Origin: a virus
Taxonomy: Duplodnaviria > Caudoviricetes
Direction: 5' to 3' (one strand)
Length of the DNA stretch: 33,437 bases
IMG/VR virus record: IMGVR_UViG_3300044448_005373
Span: 1-33,437 of that record
Positions 27,085 to 33,437 of the stretch are shown one piece after another; the stretch's first letter is position 1, and each line of letters starts with the position of its first letter. A program made the position numbers and the translations under genes. The notes under the pieces were generated by a model, which was given only the letters and a program-made list of their open reading frames with translations, was not told the origin of the DNA and searched no databases.

Positions 27085-27546
27085 GAAGGAATGATCAAGC
27101 AGACTTTGGGAGACTGGGCGCGCCAGGAGGAAGCGTTTGCGGTGGCCCTTGGTTTGAAGCGCGAGAAGTTGTCTTCCTTGAGAAAGGAGCATTTGAAGGA
27201 AGGCGAGCATTGGGGTCGCCTGAAGGGGCGCATCACCTATCGAGTGGGGGGCGAAGTGAAGATGCGTGGAGTGGTGGCGTTGTTGCTGGGCATCGAGGAG
27301 AAGGAAGTCGTGGTGGACGAGGAGATTGGACGTGAGGAACCGGAGGAGATGGAGGTGGTGCGGGTATTTCCGATCAATCGTCGATTGGTGGAGTGTGAGC
27401 GAGTGACTGGCGAGAAGGTGAGGGTTACCGTGGGAGACAACGTGAATTTCTTGAAGGGCATGGTCTTGAAGGCGCGTCCTCCTTGGGGGAGTGGCAGGTT
27501 ATGGGTGATGGTGGGCAGGAAACCGAGGTGGCGGGGCAGATGGTGA
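27070..27546 (+). CDS. hypothetical phage protein
   Basis: 158 aa ending KPRWRGRW. Confidence 0.65.
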   Translation: MSEVKEGMIKQTLGDWARQEEAFAVALGLKREKLSSLRKEHLKEGEHWGRLKGRITYRVGGEVKMRGVVALLLGIEEKEVVVDEEIGREEPEEMEVVRVFPINRRLVECERVTGEKVRVTVGDNVNFLKGMVLKARPPWGSGRLWVMVGRKPRWRGRW

Positions 27547-27584
27547 GGGTTATTTGAATCAACGAACTCAACGAAGGGAATGAC

Positions 27585-27758
27585 ATGAGCAAGAGCGTGG
27601 GAAGTGGAACTGACAAGGTATTGCGCCAATGGGGGGCATCGAAGGAGAGGCAGGAGGTTTCGAGTGAGATCGCCAAGTTCTTCAAGGACAGTTTGAGGCG
27701 CCAAAAGGCGGCGACGAGAAAATCGAAAACAAAATCAACTAGGGGGAAAAGGAAATGA
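27585..27758 (+). CDS. 57-aa basic protein, not in the ORF track
   Basis: MSKSVGSGTDKVLRQWGAS..KSTRGKRK*; ATGA-coupled to the nuclease gene. Confidence 0.55.
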   Translation: MSKSVGSGTDKVLRQWGASKERQEVSSEIAKFFKDSLRRQKAATRKSKTKSTRGKRK

Positions 27759-28129
27759 GCGACAACGTGAAGGCGGCATGGAGATATGATGCGAGTTTGA
27801 TCAGAGTAATTGACGGAGACACCGTGGATGCGATGCTTGACTTGGGGTTCAGCACCCATCGGAAGGTACGTATACGGTTTTATGGCATCAATACACCGGA
27901 GACTAGAACCAGAGATGCCGAAGAGAAGAAGGCAGGCAAGAAGGCGACTGCCCGGTTGGTCGAGTTGCTTGGGGCAAACGACAATCAGTTCGTTGTGCGT
28001 TCTCATGGCGTTGGCAAGTTCGGTCGTTGCCTTGGCGAACTGTTCACCGAGGAACTTGGCGAGGTATCGGTCAACCAGACCTTGATTGACGAGGGACTGG
28101 GCGAAGCATACTTTGGTGGCGCGAGGTGA
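27755..28129 (+). CDS. thermonuclease (SNase-like) family nuclease
   Basis: RVIDGDT, RIRFYGINTPE and KFGRCLG motifs. Confidence 0.88.
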   Translation: MSDNVKAAWRYDASLIRVIDGDTVDAMLDLGFSTHRKVRIRFYGINTPETRTRDAEEKKAGKKATARLVELLGANDNQFVVRSHGVGKFGRCLGELFTEELGEVSVNQTLIDEGLGEAYFGGAR

Positions 28130-29736
28130 CGGAACCCGCCCAGTTGACGGATCACCCCGTCCTCAAGTTGCCTACTCGCAAGCAGGCGAAGGCAATGGGT
28201 GAGGAGGAGTTGAAGAAGTTGCTGGACAGGCGGGAGGAGTTGATTCGTCTGGAGAGAGAAGACCCTTACCACTATGGTTTCGAGCCGGAGCATTGGGAAC
28301 AGGCGGACAAGTTGCGGGAGGAATGCTCGGAGTTGGTATTGTTGGGCGGCAATCGTTCGGGAAAGTCCACTTTCGCCGCCTTGGCAGTGGTCAAGACCTT
28401 GGTGGAGTACGAGGACAGCAACGTTATCTGTATGCACACCACTGCCAGCACTTCGGTGGAGCAACAACAGGCGCTTGTCTGGAAGTATTTGCCGAAGGAG
28501 TGGAAAACCGCCCGCAAAAGCAGAACGACCAACTTGACCTATTCGGTGAAGAACGGATTCACCGAGGGCAGTTTGGTGGGGCCAAATGGTTCGAAGTGCT
28601 TTTTTCGGAACTACAGCCAAAAGGCGGAAGGCATAATGGAGGGATCGGAGTGGGACTTGGCGTGGGCGGACGAGCTATGTCCCTTGGAAATCATCGAGTC
28701 CCTTAGATTTAGATTAGTTACGCGCGCGAAGAACAACCCTCGAAACGGATTGATTTTGACTTTCACTCCGATTGCCGGATGGAGCAACACGGTGAAGGCA
28801 TACCTTCAGGGGGCGAGAACGGTGGAATCGGCTCCAGCCGAGTTGCTTGGGGGCGAACTTGTTCCCGTTGTACAGCAATGCGTCCGACCTGCCGCCAAGA
28901 TAATGTACTTCCATACGTTGTGGAACCCATACAACGACTATGATGCCTTGGTGAAGACCTTGGAAGGGGAGGCGAGGCAAAACATATTGTGTCGCGCGTA
29001 TGGAATACCCCAACGCCAGTCACAGGCGGCGTTCCCTTTGTTCGGGGAAAGACATGTCCTGGCATCCGACCAAATCGCCGAGGAAGGCACCAACTACATG
29101 GTGGTCGATCCGTCGAATGGAAAGAACTGGGTGATGGCTTGGTTTCGAGCGGCGCCCAACGGTATGCACTATTGCTACCGTGAATGGCCCACCCCAGACG
29201 ATTACATACCCGGAGTGGGCAATGCGGGGGAGTGGGCGTTGCCGGGAAAGAAGATAGACGGAGATGCTGGCCCCGCCCAACAAACCTTCGGGTTTTCCTT
29301 GGATCGTTACAGAGAGGAAATCGAGAGGGTGGAGGACGGCGAGGAAATCTTCATGCGCATAATGGACAGTCGATTCGGGGCATCTCCCACGCCCACCAAG
29401 AGCGGGGTGACCACCTTGATCGACCAAATGGGTGACTTGGGACTGCACTTCGTTCCCGCTTCGGGGGTGAGCATCAACGAGGGGGTTACCATGATCAGTG
29501 ACGTCATTCATTGGAAGCCCCATGCGGAAAATCCCGATGACCCGTCCAGTATGCCGAGATTCTTCTTGGACGAGTCATGCAAGAACATGGCGTTTGCCTT
29601 GACCAGTTGGACGGGGGCGGACGGAAAGCATGGAGCCACCAAGGACTTCGTTGACGTTGCGAGGATGTATTTCACTGCGGCGCCCCAGTACGTGGACTTG
29701 GAAGCGGGCGTTCTGCATCCGGGCGGATACTACTGA
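28126..29736 (+). CDS. terL: terminase large subunit
   Basis: GGNRSGKST (Walker A), WADE (Walker B), LTFTP coupling motif, RNase H-like VVDP..KDFVD. Confidence 0.92.
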   Translation: MTEPAQLTDHPVLKLPTRKQAKAMGEEELKKLLDRREELIRLEREDPYHYGFEPEHWEQADKLREECSELVLLGGNRSGKSTFAALAVVKTLVEYEDSNVICMHTTASTSVEQQQALVWKYLPKEWKTARKSRTTNLTYSVKNGFTEGSLVGPNGSKCFFRNYSQKAEGIMEGSEWDLAWADELCPLEIIESLRFRLVTRAKNNPRNGLILTFTPIAGWSNTVKAYLQGARTVESAPAELLGGELVPVVQQCVRPAAKIMYFHTLWNPYNDYDALVKTLEGEARQNILCRAYGIPQRQSQAAFPLFGERHVLASDQIAEEGTNYMVVDPSNGKNWVMAWFRAAPNGMHYCYREWPTPDDYIPGVGNAGEWALPGKKIDGDAGPAQQTFGFSLDRYREEIERVEDGEEIFMRIMDSRFGASPTPTKSGVTTLIDQMGDLGLHFVPASGVSINEGVTMISDVIHWKPHAENPDDPSSMPRFFLDESCKNMAFALTSWTGADGKHGATKDFVDVARMYFTAAPQYVDLEAGVLHPGGYY

Positions 29737-30127
29737 AATCCACGAACTTGCCTTGATCGGCATTTTGGGGGCAAAAAAAGTTTAACCTAACTCAGCGAAC
29801 AGGTGGGTCGGTTATTTCATGCGGATTGCTTGCTTCGCTAAATCACCCCCGATTTAGCCATGTTGACAATTTCCCAAGGGAAAAGTGATAGCATGATAGC
29901 AAGTTCTCTATTCCATGAAGTTTTAAAAACGGTATAGGGATAGTCACAGTTATTGAAAAATGCCCTCATGCTACATATTAATCCCGACTTTCCCCGTATT
30001 TTGAGGCACCCCAAAAGAAAATTGGCTAATTCATGCCAATGATTTTTTGATCTTCCCCGTATTTTAAAACGCTTGACGAGGGTGAATTGTTCGCCCATGT
30101 CGGAAATTATGGGGGATTTCTGATGAA
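29737..30127. promoter_or_regulatory. AT-rich intergenic control region upstream of the portal operon
   Basis: Inverted repeat GCTAAATC/GATTTAGC at 29837-29858; TTGACA at 29863; TTCCCCGTATTTT at 29990 and 30053; inverted repeat ATTGGC/GCCAAT at 30021-30040. Confidence 0.5.
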
Positions 30128-30130
30128 GTG

Positions 30131-30343
30131 ATGACGGACGAGGAACCACAGGGGATGTTGCTACGAAGGCGGCACGTGTTGTCGTGGTTGGGTATTCACG
30201 TGAAGACTTTTGAGAAATGGGTGCATTGCGGGATACTGCGACCTGTTTTCGTTGGGTCACAGGGAGAAAAACCCTTCTACCTCAAGAACGAGGTGAGGCA
30301 ACTGTTGGAGGATGCGATCAATGAGCGAGAAGGAACTGATTAA
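30131..30343 (+). CDS. small HTH (AlpA/Xis-like) DNA-binding protein
   Basis: LLRRRHVLSWLGIHVKTFEKWVHCGIL..FY..EV. Confidence 0.7.
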   Translation: MTDEEPQGMLLRRRHVLSWLGIHVKTFEKWVHCGILRPVFVGSQGEKPFYLKNEVRQLLEDAINEREGTD

Positions 30344-32510
30344 GAAGACGGACGAACCCGAAGTCACCCTGCTCCAAGAGGAATTGCGAGGTGTGATGGA
30401 GGACGCATCGACTGCCCTTCAGCACCGTGACACTTACGAGGACGTCCGGTTTTCACGCCATGACGGTCAATCCGAGGACGGCAGAAAGCACGAAGGGGAC
30501 TTGGGTTATCCTCCCACCCCGTGGGAAGGCGCCTCCGACGTTCGCATCAGACTGGCGGACAGGTTGGTGAACGAACACGTCAACATGGCGGTTACGGCAT
30601 TCTTTCGGGCCAATCTTCGCATTACGGGGATCGAGGTGGAAGACAATCGCCGCGCCGCAATCTGGGGAGACGTATTGAAATACTATCTTCACCAGAAACT
30701 ACTTCCCGAACTTCGCTCGGAAGTGGAAATACTTGCCCAGAACGTCTACGGTAGTTCTCCCGGCGTTGGCATTCTCGGAATTTACTGGACCCAGGAAGTG
30801 TCCACCCGAATGAAAACCTTTACCTTGGATGACGTCATTCAGACGGTATTCGCCGCAGGAGGTGACCAAGATGCGGTTGCCGACGTCGTGGCCCTCCTTG
30901 AAGACAAGGATACGGAGGATCAGGCGCTTGAATTGATGCGTCCCCAGTTTCCCACCGTGGATGACAAGAAGTTGAAGCAAGCCCTCAAGGACTTTCGGGA
31001 GAACGGAGAAGCGAAGATTCCGCAACCGTACCTGAAGGAAAATCGCCCTCGCTTCGTCGCCCATCGACTGTATGAGGATGTCTTTGTTGCGGGTAACGTC
31101 ACCAACTTGGAACGGGCGGAAGTAGTGTTCAGGCGCGAATGGATGACGGAAACGGAAGTTCGGGAAAAGGGAATTACGGAGGAATGGCCCGAAGAATTCG
31201 TGCAAGAAATCATTGAAAGCACCGAGGGAATGACCGCAGTGCCGGAAACAGACCAACGGTTTCCCTTGAATTTCGGTTTGCGACAAAGTTTTGCGGATCG
31301 CTCAAGTGATTTCGAAAACCTTTACGAAATCTTTTACGCATACACAAAGACCTACGACGAGGACACTGACGTTCCCTGCATATACTGCACTGCTTTTTCC
31401 GCCCATATAGACGATATGTACGGAAAGCACGAAATGCTCAACTATGCCCACGGCATGATGCCTTTCGTTCTGTTTTCGAGGGAACGACTCTCGCACTCTA
31501 TATTCGATTCACGGGGAATCCCCGAATTGGTGGCGACCAACCAATACGAAATCGCCACACAACGCAATTTGCGCTCGGACGCTAGTCAGATCGGTACAAT
31601 TCCACCCATGCTAGTGAACGCCAGACGAGGCGGTATCAATTTACTGGTTGCTCCGGGCGCGCAACTTACGGTCACCAGACCCGATGACGTGGGTTGGTTG
31701 GCTCCGCCTCCGTTCCCAAGTGGATCGGTTGAAGCGGAGAATGCCGCCCTCAAGGACGTGGAAGACTATTTTGGCGGGGATGACCCCGGTAGAAGAATGC
31801 TCCACCAACAGGCATCCACGGACAAATGGCTGGACTCTTGGCGGATTGCCTTGGATCAAGCGTTCCGCCTCATGCAACAATACATGAGTCCCACCACCGT
31901 CCAGAGACTGACGAACGGCAAACCCGAAGAGGTGCAGGTCAGTCAGGAGGACATTCAGGGCAAGTTCGACCTCGCCTTGCGGTTTTCCATAGACGTGCTG
32001 AATCCCGAATTTCAGGAAAAGAAACTGGATGCAATCGTGAAACTCACCCAGTTCGACGTTACCGGAGCATTGGATCGCACCAAACTACTGCACTTCATAG
32101 CGGAAACGATTGACCCGCAATTGGCAGATGCGGTCGTAATGGATCAAACTGCCGCAAGCGCCAAGGAAATCTCCGACGAGCAGGACGCATGGGTGAAGAT
32201 TGCAAACGAGATAGAACCCGTGATGACCGAAGACGTGAACTTTCCATTGCGACTTCAAACCGCCCAGCAAATCGTTCAGGCATCCTCCGAAATACAAAAG
32301 AAGATGCAGGGGCAACCTATGGTCAAGCAACTTGCCGACAATCGGATCAAGTACCTTCAGTTTGGCATTCAGCAACAAGAGAACGCCCAAATTGGGCGGG
32401 TTGGCACTAGTCCCGTGGCTCAACAGCAACAGCAGGAAGTTGCCCCACGGGAGCCGCAAGCCCCGCAACCTCAACCACAACCGCAACCAGTTGAGTCCGG
32501 TGGATACTAA
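30321..32510 (+). CDS. portal protein (P22-like)
   Basis: About 730 aa after TerL; PWEGASD N-terminal motif, SRGIPEL, helical Q-rich C-terminus. Confidence 0.8.
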   Translation: MSEKELIKKTDEPEVTLLQEELRGVMEDASTALQHRDTYEDVRFSRHDGQSEDGRKHEGDLGYPPTPWEGASDVRIRLADRLVNEHVNMAVTAFFRANLRITGIEVEDNRRAAIWGDVLKYYLHQKLLPELRSEVEILAQNVYGSSPGVGILGIYWTQEVSTRMKTFTLDDVIQTVFAAGGDQDAVADVVALLEDKDTEDQALELMRPQFPTVDDKKLKQALKDFRENGEAKIPQPYLKENRPRFVAHRLYEDVFVAGNVTNLERAEVVFRREWMTETEVREKGITEEWPEEFVQEIIESTEGMTAVPETDQRFPLNFGLRQSFADRSSDFENLYEIFYAYTKTYDEDTDVPCIYCTAFSAHIDDMYGKHEMLNYAHGMMPFVLFSRERLSHSIFDSRGIPELVATNQYEIATQRNLRSDASQIGTIPPMLVNARRGGINLLVAPGAQLTVTRPDDVGWLAPPPFPSGSVEAENAALKDVEDYFGGDDPGRRMLHQQASTDKWLDSWRIALDQAFRLMQQYMSPTTVQRLTNGKPEEVQVSQEDIQGKFDLALRFSIDVLNPEFQEKKLDAIVKLTQFDVTGALDRTKLLHFIAETIDPQLADAVVMDQTAASAKEISDEQDAWVKIANEIEPVMTEDVNFPLRLQTAQQIVQASSEIQKKMQGQPMVKQLADNRIKYLQFGIQQQENAQIGRVGTSPVAQQQQQEVAPREPQAPQPQPQPQPVESGGY

Positions 32511-32821
32511 TGGCGGAAGTCGGTGAAGATGCCCAGTTCAAGGCGAACTTGGGGTTTGCGGTCAAGGTGATCGCTTTGGTCGGCACTGCGGTATGGACTT
32601 ATGCAACCATCGAAAAGCGCATAAGCAACATGGAGATGGACGTGCATCGGATGGAAACCGAGGTGAAACAAAATACCGAGTTTCGAATAAAATGGCCCAG
32701 AGGGGAGTTGGGGGCATTGCCTGACGATGCCGAGCAAAACATGCGTCTGACCTTCATCGAAAAGCAAATGGAGAAAAACCAAGGCGTTTTGGATGAATTG
32801 CGACTAGGGACGCAAAAATGA
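32510..32821 (+). CDS. TM plus coiled-coil phage protein
   Basis: LGFAVKVIALVGTAVWTYA followed by a coiled coil with KWPRGELGALP; TAATG-coupled. Confidence 0.65.
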   Translation: MAEVGEDAQFKANLGFAVKVIALVGTAVWTYATIEKRISNMEMDVHRMETEVKQNTEFRIKWPRGELGALPDDAEQNMRLTFIEKQMEKNQGVLDELRLGTQK

Positions 32822-32858
32822 ATTTACTTTTTTCTCATCATAGACCATCCCACAGGTC

Positions 32859-32923
32859 AGGCGCGCCACCAGATTCGTTGTCCGGGTTAAGTTCAAACCT
32901 TACGGGTCAACGGTGGCGCGCCT
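32859..32923. ncRNA. candidate structured RNA / long hairpin
   Basis: Perfect 12-bp inverted repeat AGGCGCGCCACC/GGTGGCGCGCCT enclosing nested GTTG/CAAC, CCG/CGG and GGTT/AACC pairs. Confidence 0.4.
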
Positions 32924-32936
32924 CTTCGTTTTTAAA

Positions 32937-33218
32937 ATGAACTTATTCCGCAAGAGAGCAAAACTCGTTCGCTACGATGACAAGATAAGCGAAGCGGACG
33001 TTAAGGACGCTTTTAGTTCCATCTCTCCTGGTAGTCCGTTCTGGCAGGCGCTTGATTTCGTCATAGACGAGACTTTGCTGGATGCCATTGACGAGGCATC
33101 CGATCCGAAGAATGCCGAGAAACCGGGCAGACTCGCTCATGCGGCGGGAGGTGTGGACAAACTTTCGACGTTGAAATCAAAAATTCAGAATCTCCGAATT
33201 CTGGATAACTTGGGGTAG
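32937..33218 (+). CDS. small head-module protein between portal and scaffold
   Basis: 93 aa from the ATG at 32937; helical; typical position. Confidence 0.6.
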   Translation: MNLFRKRAKLVRYDDKISEADVKDAFSSISPGSPFWQALDFVIDETLLDAIDEASDPKNAEKPGRLAHAAGGVDKLSTLKSKIQNLRILDNLG

Positions 33219-33240
33219 TTAATAGGGGTATTAACGTCGT

Positions 33241-33272
33241 GACCCTCTGCTTTTCGGGGCAGGGGGTTTTTT
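33241..33272 (+). terminator. intrinsic terminator
   Basis: ACCCTCTGCTT-TTCG-GGGCAGGGGGT hairpin followed by a T run. Confidence 0.75.
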
Positions 33273-33437
33273 GTGCAAAAAGGGTAGTTTAGCGTAATTT
33301 AGCATACTTAGCAGGATGGGCGAATTGATTTCCCCCCTCTTTGCCCCCCATAGGTAAATGCGATGTGCCTCTGGCATATCCCCTCCGGGTGGGCCACCCG
33401 TGTAGTCAACCCTTGGGAGACGTAAAAATGCCAAGTG

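Noticed and set aside
29838-30260. 140-aa minus-strand ORF
   Set aside because: Antisense to the HTH gene, in AT-rich regulatory-looking DNA, with no motif.
1-33437. Stop-codon reassignment
   Set aside because: TAA, TAG and TGA all end genes with tight coupling, and coding density is high under the standard code.

Overview
About 33 kb of a temperate, podovirus-like (P22-style) tailed phage in its unintegrated (attP) form. No host genes are visible. Gene order: end of the virion/tail module; small membrane (lysis-type) genes; tail tube; ejection proteins; a ~2140-aa polyvalent protein (zincin peptidase plus two ADP-ribosyltransferase-like domains); attP (tRNA-Leu-like 3' end with arm repeats) and tyrosine integrase; a divergent switch of two ribbon-helix-helix genes; early recombination/replication genes (Xis-like, RusA, C5 methylase, ERF, exonuclease, SSB, initiator, DnaC-like); small genes; SNase-like nuclease; TerL; portal. 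Scaffold, capsid and endolysin genes are not in the window. Most unusual signals: (1) a 28-bp XerCD dif-like site at 25611-25638, lying where an extreme C/A-rich to G/T-rich strand asymmetry flips; (2) seven [YF]MPA junctions, conserved at DNA level, that divide the giant protein into modules; (3) a +1-frame protein overprinted inside the methylase gene. All product calls come from motifs recognised by eye; no searches were run.
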